Shown here: positions 33,754-43,371 of the stretch, in pieces
Numbering within the stretch: position 1 is the first letter of the stretch
Layout of the letters: the number at the start of each line of letters is the position of its first letter
Source: an uncultured Chloroflexia bacterium
GTDB taxonomy: Bacteria > Chloroflexota > Limnocylindria > Limnocylindrales > CSP1-4
NCBI GenBank assembly: GCA_963766735.1
Contig: CAVYBU010000006.1
Span: 141,272 to 205,271, forward strand
Direction of reading: 5' to 3'
DNA length: 64,000 nucleotides
Made by a program: the position numbers and the translations under genes
The notes under the pieces: generated by a model
Databases searched by the model: none
Told to the model about the DNA's origin: nothing
Seen by the model: only the letters and a program-made list of their open reading frames with translations

Positions 33754-34668
33754 CTAGCGGGCCTCCGGCATGGGAACGGCGAGGGATCGGGCGCCGAGCG
33801 GGATGCGGCCAGTCGCCTGGTCACGCGCGGCGCGCACGAGGTGGGTGAGGAGGATGGCGTTGGTCAGCGGGCCGACACCGCCCGGGACGGGGGTGATCGC
33901 GGAGGCGACGAGGCTGGCGGATGCAAACTCGACGTCGCCTACGAGCTTGCCGTCGACGACGTTGATGCCGACGTCCACGACCACGGCGCCGGGCTTGAGC
34001 ATGTCGCCGGTCACGAAGTTGGCCTTGCCGATCGCCACGACGACGATGTCGGCGGTCCGGATCACCGAAGGCAGGTCCTGGGTCTTGCTGTGGCAGACCG
34101 TCACCGTGGCGTTCTCGCGAAGGAGGAGGAGCGCCGCGGGCTTGCCGATCACGTTCGACCGGCCGACAACGACCGCATGCTTGCCGGCGATCTCGATCCC
34201 GGACTGCTTGAGGATCTCGATGCTCGCATGCGCCGTGGCGGGGAGGAAGCCGTCGTAGCCCAGCGACAGCAGGCCCGCGTTGAGCGGGTGGATGCCGTCG
34301 ATGTCGCGCATCGGGTCAAGGACGTCGATGACGGCCCGCAGCCCGATCCCCTTCGGCAGCGGCATCTGGGTGATGATCCCGGCGACCCGCGGGTCCGCCT
34401 GCAGCGTGCGGAGCGCCGCGGCGATGTCCGGTTCGCCGGCGTCGCCCGGCAGCTCGACGAGGCGGTCCTCGATGCCGACGAGGCGGCAGCCGTCCAGGAT
34501 CTTGTGGAGGTAGACCGCCGACGGGGCGTCCTTGCCCACGACCACGACGGCCAGGGCGGGCGCGTAGCCGTGTTCCCCGCGGAAGGAGGCGACGTCGGTG
34601 GCCACCTGCTCCCGGATTGCGGCCGCGATCGGGCCGCCCCGCAGGAGGCGGGGTTCAGACTCGGTCAT
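33754..34668 (-). CDS. folD: methylene-THF dehydrogenase/cyclohydrolase
   Basis: QMPLP, DIDG, GRSNVIGKP, ATVTVCHS, DVGIN, TPVPGGVGP. Confidence 0.93.
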   Translation of the reverse strand: MTESEPRLLRGGPIAAAIREQVATDVASFRGEHGYAPALAVVVVGKDAPSAVYLHKILDGCRLVGIEDRLVELPGDAGEPDIAAALRTLQADPRVAGIITQMPLPKGIGLRAVIDVLDPMRDIDGIHPLNAGLLSLGYDGFLPATAHASIEILKQSGIEIAGKHAVVVGRSNVIGKPAALLLLRENATVTVCHSKTQDLPSVIRTADIVVVAIGKANFVTGDMLKPGAVVVDVGINVVDGKLVGDVEFASASLVASAITPVPGGVGPLTNAILLTHLVRAARDQATGRIPLGARSLAVPMPEAR

Positions 34669-34675
34669 CGGGGGC

Positions 34676-35344
34676 TCACTCGGTGCCGCGCTCGAGCGGC
34701 TCGCGGGGGTCTCCGCCGCGCACGACGCCGCGGGTCTGGCCCGCCAGGCGGTCGATTGCGTCCGCGAGCTCCTCGGTGCGGCGGAAGAGGTCACGCTCCA
34801 TCAACGGGTCCCCGATGGATGGCAGGTTGATGTACACGTTCGCCGCGGCGGAACGGGCGGCCGCGACGGCCATCAGGCTGGCGACCTCGAGGTCCGAGGA
34901 GGCGTTCCTGTTGCTGCGCCCGGCGAGCGCCTCGGCGAGGACGGCAACCTCGTAGCAGGCCTCGACGGTCCGGAACGGCGCAGCGGACGCGCCCTTGGCG
35001 GCCTCGCGCAGGGCCGCGGCGCGCGCTTCGCGCTCCTCGTCCGTCTCGCGGGGCATCTTCATCACCCTGGCGTAGACGGCGAACGCCGCGGCGTCCTCGT
35101 CCGCGAGGGCCAGGAAGCGGTCCGCCAGGGCCCGGGCAGCGGCGCCGGCCTCGGCAATGAGGGCTGCGTGCTCCGCGTACTTCGGGCGGCCCTCGGACAG
35201 GGTCGCGACCATCGCGACCAGTGCTGCCCCAAGGCTCCCGGCGATCGCGGCGGCACTGCCGCCCCCGGGGACAGGCTCGCCGGATGCGAGCCTCTCAACA
35301 AACGTCGCGACGGTCAGGTCGCGGAAGCGGGCATTTGGTTCCAC
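34676..35344 (-). CDS. formimino-THF cyclodeaminase/cyclohydrolase family protein
   Basis: PVPGGGSAAA, DEDAAAF, NRNASSD, NVYINL. Confidence 0.9.
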   Translation of the reverse strand: MEPNARFRDLTVATFVERLASGEPVPGGGSAAAIAGSLGAALVAMVATLSEGRPKYAEHAALIAEAGAAARALADRFLALADEDAAAFAVYARVMKMPRETDEEREARAAALREAAKGASAAPFRTVEACYEVAVLAEALAGRSNRNASSDLEVASLMAVAAARSAAANVYINLPSIGDPLMERDLFRRTEELADAIDRLAGQTRGVVRGGDPREPLERGTE

Positions 35345-35519
35345 CCGGCGATTGTAGGGATACGGAATGGTTGCGAGGGGGCCCGACCGGCCGGATTGTG
35401 ACGGGCCGTCCAGCCCACCGCCCGTCATGGCCCGCGGGGCGAGCGCGCCGCGCCCGCCCCGCAGACGACCCGAGGAAGCCGACGGGGAGGAGCCGCGACT
35501 CCCGTCTGTGGTGGCGGGC

Positions 35520-35789
35520 TCAGGCGGCGGGCGCCAGCTCGTCCAGCCCGTCGATCGTCCAGCGCCGCGAACGGTGCTGGAAGGTGAGAGCCACCCGGAG
35601 TCCGGGCGTGTCCACCTCGAACAGCGTGCGGGGCCCGGTGATGGCCGGGTAGGCGGACTGCTCGTCCCGGACCGCCACGAGGCGGGTCACGGTGAGGTGT
35701 TCCTCACCCCAGGTGATCTCCCGGGGCGTGCCGCTGAACCAGTCGGTGCGGACCTGGACCTTCACGGGTGCGACGCGAACCATCGCCAT
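35520..35789 (-). CDS. small beta-rich protein (DUF6504-like), LexA-box controlled
   Basis: GGAG RBS; P..ITW....L.VTR...FEV...W.IDGLD pattern; own promoter with two SOS boxes. Confidence 0.7.
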   Translation of the reverse strand: MAMVRVAPVKVQVRTDWFSGTPREITWGEEHLTVTRLVAVRDEQSAYPAITGPRTLFEVDTPGLRVALTFQHRSRRWTIDGLDELAPAA

Positions 35790-35843
35790 GGCGGTGTCTC
35801 CTTGGACTTGGCGGGTCATCGTCACCCGGGGGCACTCCGGATG

Positions 35844-35896
35844 CGAACGTTTGTTCGTTTCGAGAGACACTAGATCGAACATGTGTTCGATGTCAA
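35844..35896 (-). promoter_or_regulatory. sigma70 promoter with two LexA (SOS) boxes
   Basis: Minus strand TTGACA(35896-35891)-N18-TAGTGT; boxes ATCGAACATGTGTTCGAT 35874-35891 and CGAACGTTTGTTCG 35844-35857. Confidence 0.88.
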
Positions 35897-37188
35897 GCGT
35901 CCGTGTCGAAATCTTCCGCCGTGTCCGTGACATCTTGGATGTCACGATCCTCGGGCTCCGGGATGGATCTTCGGAGGCCCTGGCGATGCTCGACAGGGGT
36001 CATCGGGTCGCGTTCGAAGGGCGCCGGCAACGCGGCCCTGACGAGGCGCGCCCGGGTCACGGCACGGTCGCCGTACTTGCGGCGGATGCGGTCGAGCGCC
36101 TCGGCCGCCTGGTGGCGTCTCGGATCGTCGCCGCCGAAGAGCGCCAGCTGGTCCCGGTCCCGGAAGTTCGACGCCGTCACGCCCACCAGCCGGATCCGCT
36201 GGCCGTGAAGCTCCTTGCGGAGCAGGGCCAGGGCGGCCTCGTAGATCGGTTCGGTGAGATCCGCCGCCACCTCGAGGCTCACCTGCCGCGTGAAGGTCGT
36301 GAAGTTCGAGTCGCGGAGCTTGAGCGTGATCGTCACCGCCTTGATCCCCGAGGCCCGCAGGCGCCAGGCCACCCCATCGGCCATGCCCAGCAGGGTGCGT
36401 TCGATGACCTCGCGATCGGACGTGTCCACGTCGAAGGTGTGCTCGTGCCCGATCGACTTCGCCGGTTCGCCGGTCGCCACCGGGTCCGGGTCCACCCCGC
36501 GCGCCCGCCCCACGAGCGCGGCCCCGTGCTTGCCGAAGCGACGCTCCAGCACCGCCGGATCGAGCGCGGCCAGGTCCCCGATCGTCCGCACCCCGAAGTC
36601 CAGCAGTGCGGCCGCGGTCTTCTCGCCCACCCCCCACAGGCGCGAGATCGGCAGCGGGGCGAGGAACGAGGCCTCCTCGCCGGGCGACACCACGACCAGC
36701 CCGTCCGGCTTGCGCAGGTCGGACGCCACCTTTGCGACCAGCTTGGTCGTCGCCACGCCGACCGAGGCCGTCAGGCCAACCTCGTCCCGGACCGCCTCCC
36801 TGATCCGGTGCGCGATCGCCTCCCCGTCGCCGAACAGGGCGCGCGACGCGGTGACGTCCAGGAATGCCTCATCGATCGAGATGGGCTGCACCTGCGGCGT
36901 GAACCGGCGGAGGATCGCCATGACCTCGCGGCTGGCCTGCTGGTACCTGCGGCCGTCCACGGGGAGGAACACGCCGTGGGGGCAGAGGCGGCCGGCCGTG
37001 CGGAGGGGCATCGCCGAATGGACGCCGAACGTCCGGGCCTCGTAGCTGGCGGCGCTGACCACCCCGCGCTGGTTGGGCCCACCGCCGCCGACGATGACGG
37101 GCCTGCCCCGGAGCTCCGGCCGGTCGCGCTGCTCGACCGCGGCGAAGAAGGCGTCGAGGTCGACGTGCAGGATGGTCCGGGTGCTCAC
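35893..37188 (-). CDS. dinB: DNA polymerase IV
   Basis: HVDLDAFFAAVE, SAASYEAR, SIDEAFLD, AKVASDLRKPDG, KSIGHEHTF. Confidence 0.96.
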   Translation of the reverse strand: MSTRTILHVDLDAFFAAVEQRDRPELRGRPVIVGGGGPNQRGVVSAASYEARTFGVHSAMPLRTAGRLCPHGVFLPVDGRRYQQASREVMAILRRFTPQVQPISIDEAFLDVTASRALFGDGEAIAHRIREAVRDEVGLTASVGVATTKLVAKVASDLRKPDGLVVVSPGEEASFLAPLPISRLWGVGEKTAAALLDFGVRTIGDLAALDPAVLERRFGKHGAALVGRARGVDPDPVATGEPAKSIGHEHTFDVDTSDREVIERTLLGMADGVAWRLRASGIKAVTITLKLRDSNFTTFTRQVSLEVAADLTEPIYEAALALLRKELHGQRIRLVGVTASNFRDRDQLALFGGDDPRRHQAAEALDRIRRKYGDRAVTRARLVRAALPAPFERDPMTPVEHRQGLRRSIPEPEDRDIQDVTDTAEDFDTDA

Positions 37189-37301
37189 GTGCGTGATTCT
37201 CCCCCCCGTGAGGTGACAACGTCATGGCATGGTGACGGGGGCTATCGCAGGGGACGCATGTTGCTACTCTCAGCGCCACGGGAACCGAAGGGATAACGAG
37301 C

Positions 37302-38600
37302 GTGGGAGAGGGCAGGGCCATCGAGGCGGCGCGACCGGGCACGACCGCGCGAGTTCGCGTCTACTTGGGTGAGACCGACGGCGCGCGGGCCGTGGAATAT
37401 GCCCGACGCCACCCCGACCTGTCAGGCTTCGTCATCGTTGCTGTCCTCGCGGCAGGCGTGTTCCTGTTCACCGCGGACCGCACGCCCCAGTCCCTCGACT
37501 ACTTCAACCGGCTGGCCGAGGCACTTCTCCACGGCCGCTGGTGGCTCGACGACGGGCCGTCATGGCTCAACGAGCTCATCCCCGGCGGCGACGGTCGCTG
37601 GTACGTGCCCTATCCGCCCGTGCCGGCCGTCCTGGCACTGCCGTTCGTCGCGGTGTTCGGCCGAGAAGTACCGGCACAGGTCTACAGCTCGCTGTACGCG
37701 GGCCTCGCCGTGGGACTGATGTACCTCGTCTTCGGGCGACTCGGCCTGGTCCTGCGAACCCGGGATCGCCTCGCTCTCGCGGCCGTGTTCGCGTTCGGGA
37801 CAGTCTTCTGGTTCACGGCGATAGGCGGTTCGGCCTGGTACTTCGCCCATGTCGCGGCCGTGCTGCTGTTCGCCGCCTCCCTGCTGTGCGCGTTGACGAA
37901 GAGGCCGGCGTGGATGGCGGGGCTGCTGCTGGGGCTCGCCGCCCTGTCGCGACTCCCCGTCGGTCTCGCGCTGCCGTTCGTCCTGGCCGCGCAACTCGGC
38001 TTCCCGGGCCTCGCGGCCCTCCGGTCGATCGACCGCCGCCTCGTGCGGACGGTCGTCGTGTTCGGCCTCGGGCTGGCGGTCCCGGCTGGTGTCTATGTCG
38101 CATTCAACCTGGTCCGGTGGGGCACCGTCCTGGACCAGAGCTACGTGCTCATCCCCGGAGTCCTCGAGGACCCCATCTACGCGAAACACGGGATCCTGTC
38201 GCCCTGGTACATCCCGCGGAACCTTCACGCGATCCTGTTCCGCAGCTGGAACTACGTCGACGACGCGCCGTGGCTCCAGCCGAGCTGGTGGGGCCTCGGC
38301 ATCTTCCTCACGACGCCCCTGTACCTCTGGCTCCTCAAGGCGCGCCTGCGGACGCCGACGGTCGCGTGGGCCGTACTGGCCACCGCGATCGTCTCGATCC
38401 CGATCATCACCCACGGCAACGTCGGCATCAGCCAGTTCGGGTACCGGTTCAGCCTCGACTTCCAGCCGCTGTTGTTCGTGATCCTGGCGACGGTCATCGT
38501 CCGCGGGTGGTCGAGGCTCGCGACCGTGGCCGCGGTCGCCTCGATCGTGATCTGCGGCTACGCGGTCTGGGCGATCTCCATCGGCTTCGTCGCCTTCTGA
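37302..38600 (+). CDS. polytopic membrane protein, GT-C-like
   Basis: About 10 TM; YVPYPPVPA, SAWYFAH, QFGYRFSLD; start uncertain. Confidence 0.7.
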   Translation: MGEGRAIEAARPGTTARVRVYLGETDGARAVEYARRHPDLSGFVIVAVLAAGVFLFTADRTPQSLDYFNRLAEALLHGRWWLDDGPSWLNELIPGGDGRWYVPYPPVPAVLALPFVAVFGREVPAQVYSSLYAGLAVGLMYLVFGRLGLVLRTRDRLALAAVFAFGTVFWFTAIGGSAWYFAHVAAVLLFAASLLCALTKRPAWMAGLLLGLAALSRLPVGLALPFVLAAQLGFPGLAALRSIDRRLVRTVVVFGLGLAVPAGVYVAFNLVRWGTVLDQSYVLIPGVLEDPIYAKHGILSPWYIPRNLHAILFRSWNYVDDAPWLQPSWWGLGIFLTTPLYLWLLKARLRTPTVAWAVLATAIVSIPIITHGNVGISQFGYRFSLDFQPLLFVILATVIVRGWSRLATVAAVASIVICGYAVWAISIGFVAF

Positions 38601-38640
38601 GCCCGGCCCAAGGCCACCGGGCCAGACGACGACCAGCGGG

Positions 38641-39858
38641 TCAGGCCACCCAGTCGCCGATGATGAACAGCCAGGTGAGCGCCCCCAGGGCAAGCGTGGA
38701 CATGACCGTCCAGGTCACGGCCCGCCGCCGCCCGCTGGTCGCAAGGGCGACGACGACGAATGCTGGAAACACCACCTCCAGCAGCCGGGCCGTGGACGTC
38801 AGCGGCGTGGGCTGGATACGGACGGCGATCAGGGCGACTTGCGGGATCGCGAGCAGCGAATAGGAGACAGGCAACCGGCGCGCTCCGACGACCACGAGCA
38901 CCATGAACAGCAGCAGCATGCCGAGGTTGAGCGCCTGGAGCGAGTCGTGCCGGTCGATGATCCACTGCAGACTGGCGCCGACGACCTCCCACGGAGGATG
39001 GAAGTTCTTGCCGCCCCACACGTCCTGCGTGTCGAGCGGCGACCTGCCCATGACGAGACCGGTTGCCAGCACGAATGAGCCGAAGCCAATCACCGGGGCA
39101 GCGATGGCGGCGATCGACGAGAGTGCCGGCATCGATCGCCCGGTCTCCTCCGGGCGCTCACGCCACGCGGACCAGGCTTCCCATGCGACGGGGAGGACGA
39201 GGAACAGGCCCTGGATGCGCGTGAGACCAGCAAGCAGGCCGACGATGGCCGCAACACCCCAGGAACGCTCCCGTGCGGCGAGGATCGTCCATACGGTGAA
39301 CGCGAGGAAGGGCGCTTCGGTGAACGGCGCGAACAGGAAGAGCGCCGCGGGGGCGACCGTGATGAACAGCACCGTTCGCTGGGCGACCTCCCGGCTGAAA
39401 TCCCGGGCCACCAGCCGGAACAGCCCGGTGATCGCCGCAACGTAGGCCAGTCCGGCGACGACGAGCCCGCTCAGCGCGATGTTCCCGCCAAGCGGCCAGG
39501 CCACGAGGCGCATCAGTGCGGGCAGGACCGGCCAGAAGTTGGTCGAGTCGCCCCCGGGCTCGTACCAGAAGGCCGCCACCTTCGAGTACCAGCACGCGTC
39601 CCACCGCTGCCACACCCCGACCAGCGGGAACTCGAGTCCGGAGTCCGCGAGGGGCGGGATCGTCGTCCAGCCATCCCGCGCCAGCTCGAAGTGGCATGGC
39701 CCAGGGATTGCCATGTGGGCCCAGATGAAGAGGGCGAGCAGCCCGAGGCCCAGGCGCATGACCACGAAGAGCCACAGAGCCTCTCCGAGCCCTTCCGGCA
39801 GGGCTGGGAGGCGAACGGGCCCAAACCGCGACGGTGGCCGGGTGACGCCGGTCGTCAT
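38641..39858 (-). CDS. PIG-V-like (GT76) mannosyltransferase family
   Basis: WQRWDACWY, NFWPVLP, APFTEAPF, TRIQG, STAR. Confidence 0.82.
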   Translation of the reverse strand: MTTGVTRPPSRFGPVRLPALPEGLGEALWLFVVMRLGLGLLALFIWAHMAIPGPCHFELARDGWTTIPPLADSGLEFPLVGVWQRWDACWYSKVAAFWYEPGGDSTNFWPVLPALMRLVAWPLGGNIALSGLVVAGLAYVAAITGLFRLVARDFSREVAQRTVLFITVAPAALFLFAPFTEAPFLAFTVWTILAARERSWGVAAIVGLLAGLTRIQGLFLVLPVAWEAWSAWRERPEETGRSMPALSSIAAIAAPVIGFGSFVLATGLVMGRSPLDTQDVWGGKNFHPPWEVVGASLQWIIDRHDSLQALNLGMLLLFMVLVVVGARRLPVSYSLLAIPQVALIAVRIQPTPLTSTARLLEVVFPAFVVVALATSGRRRAVTWTVMSTLALGALTWLFIIGDWVA

Positions 39859-39954
39859 GAGGCAAGAGTCTAGCGCCCGCTCCGGCACGCACGGGCCTCT
39901 GCCGGCACCCTGGGCCCTCGCGATGCCCCTGGCCATTGGCCCGGGGCACAGAAA

Positions 39955-39981
39955 CGCCCGGCTCCGCATCCGGGCCGGGCG
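39955..39981 (-). terminator. probable terminator hairpin downstream of rplI
   Basis: CGCCCGGC...GCCGGGCG stem followed by TTT on the minus strand. Confidence 0.55.
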
Positions 39982-40024
39982 AGTCTTCGTGCTTCGAGCG
40001 GGCGGGCGGCGGGCCCGCGAGCCG

Positions 40025-40471
40025 TCAGCCCTTCGGCTCGACGACGATCGTGACCTCGGGCGTCATGCCCGCGTGCACCCTGATCGCCACCTTGTAGGTG
40101 CCGAGGGACTTGATCGGCGATTCGAGCTCGATCTTGTGCTTGTCAACCACGATCCCACGCCGGCCGAGAGCCTCCGCGATGTCCTGGTTGTTGATGGAGC
40201 CGTACAGCTTGCCGCCCTCGCCAACCTTGACGCCCATCGTCAGGGTGGTGCTGGCGATCCGGGTCGCGGCGATCTCGGCGTCCGCGCGCTCGCGCTGGCG
40301 CTTGTCCTCGCGGCTCGCGATGTCGTGCTGGTACGCGCGATAGGCGCCACCCGAAGCGGACACGGCGAGCTTCTGCGGGATGAGGAAGTTCTGGGCGTAC
40401 CCGTCAGCAACCGTCTTCATCTCGCCCGTCTTGCCGAGCTTCGCGACGTCCTTCGTCAGGATGACCTTCAC
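40025..40471 (-). CDS. rplI: 50S ribosomal protein L9
   Basis: KVILTKDVAKLGKTGE..V.DGYAQNFLIP, GKLYGSI, PIKSLG. Confidence 0.97.
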   Translation of the reverse strand: MKVILTKDVAKLGKTGEMKTVADGYAQNFLIPQKLAVSASGGAYRAYQHDIASREDKRQRERADAEIAATRIASTTLTMGVKVGEGGKLYGSINNQDIAEALGRRGIVVDKHKIELESPIKSLGTYKVAIRVHAGMTPEVTIVVEPKG

Positions 40472-41010
40472 GCGATCGAACCCTCCTTGTTGATCCAGGT
40501 CCGGAGCCAGGGCCCGAGCCTGCTGTTGTTGAGCGTATCGCCTGCGAACGAGATGAGCTCGGGCGCCTGCCGCATGATGCGCCGGAGTGGTGCCGGCGTG
40601 AAGCGCCGGATCCTGGCCACATCCGCGTGGAACACCCGGCGATCGATCCCCAGGTCGTCCAGCTTCTCGTCGAGCACGAGGTCCGGCACGCCGTCCAGGA
40701 ACAGGTCCACGGCCAGCACCACGATGACCAGGTCCTCGATGCCTCCCACCAGCGGCAGGTCGTCCGGGACGAGGTCCCGTCCGATGATCAGGTACCCGAG
40801 GGCCGCCGCGAGCAGCGCCTTGCGGCCAACGGGGGTCCGATCATCGCGGATCAGCTCCCAGAACAGGCGTCCGTAGATCGGCGCCCGGCTCGCAAGCGGC
40901 AGGACGAGGACCAAGCCCAACAGCCGCCTGAGGCCGATCCGCCGGTCGCGGCGTCCCCGTGGCGTGTGCTGACGGTCTTCCTCGCGGTCAACCCGCGATC
41001 CTCGAGCCAC
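40468..41010 (-). CDS. DUF1232 (YkvA)-like protein
   Basis: DDRTP..RK....LGYL...DLVPDDLPLVGGIED; start uncertain. Confidence 0.78.
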   Translation of the reverse strand: MARGSRVDREEDRQHTPRGRRDRRIGLRRLLGLVLVLPLASRAPIYGRLFWELIRDDRTPVGRKALLAAALGYLIIGRDLVPDDLPLVGGIEDLVIVVLAVDLFLDGVPDLVLDEKLDDLGIDRRVFHADVARIRRFTPAPLRRIMRQAPELISFAGDTLNNSRLGPWLRTWINKEGSIA

Positions 41011-41110
41011 CCTGCTCCTCGTGTCGAACCCGGCGACCCGCTGCGGCTGCCGGGGAGGGGGAGTCTATCAGGGGCGCCGGACCGTTCCCCAGGGCCGCAT
41101 CGGACCATGG

Positions 41111-41138
41111 TTGACATCGAACGTCCGTTCGGTATGAT
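41111..41138 (+). promoter_or_regulatory. lexA promoter with SOS box filling the spacer
   Basis: TTGACA-TCGAACGTCCGTTCGG-TATGAT. Confidence 0.92.
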
Positions 41139-41161
41139 GCTAGGTGGAAAGGAGGCGCCCG

Positions 41162-41827
41162 ATGACTCGTCACGACGCCGAACGCAAGCGCAAGATCCTG
41201 GACGTGATCGCCGCGACCATCCGCGCGCGCGGCTTCCCGCCGTCTGTCCGCGAGATCGCGAAGGCCGTCGGGCTCGCCTCCACGTCTGCCGTGCACCACC
41301 ACCTCCAGATCCTCGAGAAGGAGGGCTACCTGGAGCGCGGCGTGTCGGACGACGGCACGTCCCAGTCACGCGCCATCCGCTTCACCCCCCATGCCGCCCT
41401 GATGCTGGGTCTCGCGTCCGAGCTGACGCCCCAGACCATCCCGGGGGACTCGCACACCCTGCCGATCATCGGGGAGATCGCGGCCGGCGGCCCCATCGAG
41501 GCCTACCAGGACGCGTCCGAGACGCTTGCCGTGCCGGACATCCTCGCCCCCGCCGGGGACGCCTACGTCCTCCGCGTGCGCGGGGACTCCATGATCGAGG
41601 CCCACATCGCGGACGGGGACTTCGTCGTGATCCGCCCGCAGGAAACAGCCAGGGACGGGGACATCGTGGTGGCCCAGGTGGAGGAGAACGCCGTCACGCT
41701 CAAGCGGTTCTTCCGGGAGAAGGACCAGGTCCGCCTCCAGCCCGCCAACACGGCCTACGCGCCGCAGTTCTACCCCTCCGTCCGGATCCAGGGCAAGCTC
41801 ATCGGCGTGATCCGGCGCCTGGACTGA
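41162..41827 (+). CDS. lexA: SOS repressor LexA
   Basis: AGGAGG RBS; PPSVREI...STSAVHHHL, IAAG cleavage site, VRGDSM, TLKRF. Confidence 0.96.
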   Translation: MTRHDAERKRKILDVIAATIRARGFPPSVREIAKAVGLASTSAVHHHLQILEKEGYLERGVSDDGTSQSRAIRFTPHAALMLGLASELTPQTIPGDSHTLPIIGEIAAGGPIEAYQDASETLAVPDILAPAGDAYVLRVRGDSMIEAHIADGDFVVIRPQETARDGDIVVAQVEENAVTLKRFFREKDQVRLQPANTAYAPQFYPSVRIQGKLIGVIRRLD

Positions 41828-41875
41828 TCGCCGGCGGACCGGCGGTGCGCGGACACGAGTGGACCGCACCGGGAT

Positions 41876-41923
41876 CCGTCCACATCTCGTCCACAGTCGC
41901 GGCAACTCCGTGGATGAACCACA
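41876..41923. promoter_or_regulatory. cluster of degenerate DnaA-box-like 9-mers upstream of dnaB
   Basis: CCGTCCACA, TCGTCCACA, TCATCCACG (minus strand), TGAACCACA versus consensus TTATCCACA. Confidence 0.5.
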
Positions 41924-42011
41924 GCGCGGAGGCCGCATTCGTTGACCCGTACGCCGGGCAGCCCGGCGACCATCTGAGCCTGACCCAAGCCCGTCGGAGT
42001 CTCCGCGCCCC

Positions 42012-43361
42012 GTGATCGATCGCCTGCCGCCGCAATCCCTCGAAGCCGAGCAATCGGTTCTGGGCGCCGTGCTCATCGACCGCGACGCCATGATCGAGAT
42101 CGCAGAGTTCCTCAAGCCCGAGGACTTCTACCGGCAGGCCCACGGTCGCATCTACGCCGTGATGCTGGACCTGTCCGAGCGCCGCGAGCCGATCGACGTC
42201 GTGACGGTCTCGGAGGCCCTGGAGCGTTCCGGTGACCTCGAGACCATCGGCGGCCGCGCCTATCTGAGCACGCTGACCAACCAGACCCCGACGGCCGTGC
42301 ATGCCGCGCAGTACGCGCGGATCGTGGAGCGGAAGTCGCTGCTGCGGAACCTCATCGGGGCGGCAGGCAAGATCGCAGGGATCGGCTACGAGGACCCGGC
42401 GGAGGTCCAGGAGGCGATCGACCGGGCGGAGTCAGAGCTGTTCGCCGTCAGCCAGCGGCGCGTCGGGGCCAGCTTCTCGCCCCTGAAGACGCTGCTGCAC
42501 GACGCGTACGACCGCCTCGACTACCTCCACGCGCATCGCGGGGAGATCAGCGGCATCAGAACGGGCTTCGGGGACCTGGACACGCTGACGACCGGGCTCC
42601 AGAAGAGCGACCTCGTGATCGTCGCGGCACGGCCGTCCGTGGGCAAGACCAGCCTCGCGCTCAACATCGCGGAGCACGCGGCGGTCACGGACCGCAAGAG
42701 CGTCGGCATCTTCAGCCTCGAGATGAGCAAGGAGCAGCTCGTGCTGCGCCTTCTCTCATCCGTCGCGAACATCGACTCGCAGCGGCTGCGGACCGGCTTC
42801 CTGGAGGAGCTGGACTTCGCCCGGATCGCCCCGGCGATGAATGCCCTCTCGGAGGCGCCGATCTACATCGACGACACGCCCAACATCACCACGATGGAGC
42901 TCCGGACCAAGGCGCGCCGGCTCCAGGCAGAGGCGGGCGTCGACCTGATCATCGTGGACTACCTGCAGCTGATGCAGTCCTCCACCACCAGCCGGGATGC
43001 GAACCGCGTGCAGGAGGTCTCGGAGATCTCGCGCGGCCTCAAGGCGCTCGCCCGCGAGCTCAAGATCCCCGTGATCGCCCTCAGCCAGCTATCGCGCCAG
43101 CCGGAGATGCGCGAATCGAAGGAGCCCCGGCTCTCTGACCTCCGGGAGTCCGGCAGCATCGAGCAGGACGCGGATCTCGTGATGTTCCTGTGGCGGGAGA
43201 AGGAGCGCGGTTCGGACGACCAGGTCACCGACGGAGAGGTCGTGAAGCTCAAGCTCTCCAAGCACCGCAACGGCCCCACCGGCGAGATCGATCTGTGGTT
43301 CAAGAAGGCCCAGACGCGTTTCGTGTCCTACGCCGGGGAGCGGTTCGCGGACGTCAACTAG
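42012..43361 (+). CDS. dnaB: replicative DNA helicase
   Basis: PPQSLEAEQSVLG, ARPSVGKT, FSLEMS, IVDYLQLM, LSQLSR, SDLRESGSIEQDAD, KHRNGPTG. Confidence 0.98.
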   Translation: MIDRLPPQSLEAEQSVLGAVLIDRDAMIEIAEFLKPEDFYRQAHGRIYAVMLDLSERREPIDVVTVSEALERSGDLETIGGRAYLSTLTNQTPTAVHAAQYARIVERKSLLRNLIGAAGKIAGIGYEDPAEVQEAIDRAESELFAVSQRRVGASFSPLKTLLHDAYDRLDYLHAHRGEISGIRTGFGDLDTLTTGLQKSDLVIVAARPSVGKTSLALNIAEHAAVTDRKSVGIFSLEMSKEQLVLRLLSSVANIDSQRLRTGFLEELDFARIAPAMNALSEAPIYIDDTPNITTMELRTKARRLQAEAGVDLIIVDYLQLMQSSTTSRDANRVQEVSEISRGLKALARELKIPVIALSQLSRQPEMRESKEPRLSDLRESGSIEQDADLVMFLWREKERGSDDQVTDGEVVKLKLSKHRNGPTGEIDLWFKKAQTRFVSYAGERFADVN

Positions 43362-43371
43362 ACGCCCGCCG

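Noticed and set aside
41876-41923. oriC
   Set aside because: Few degenerate boxes, no AT-rich unwinding element, no dnaA/dnaN nearby
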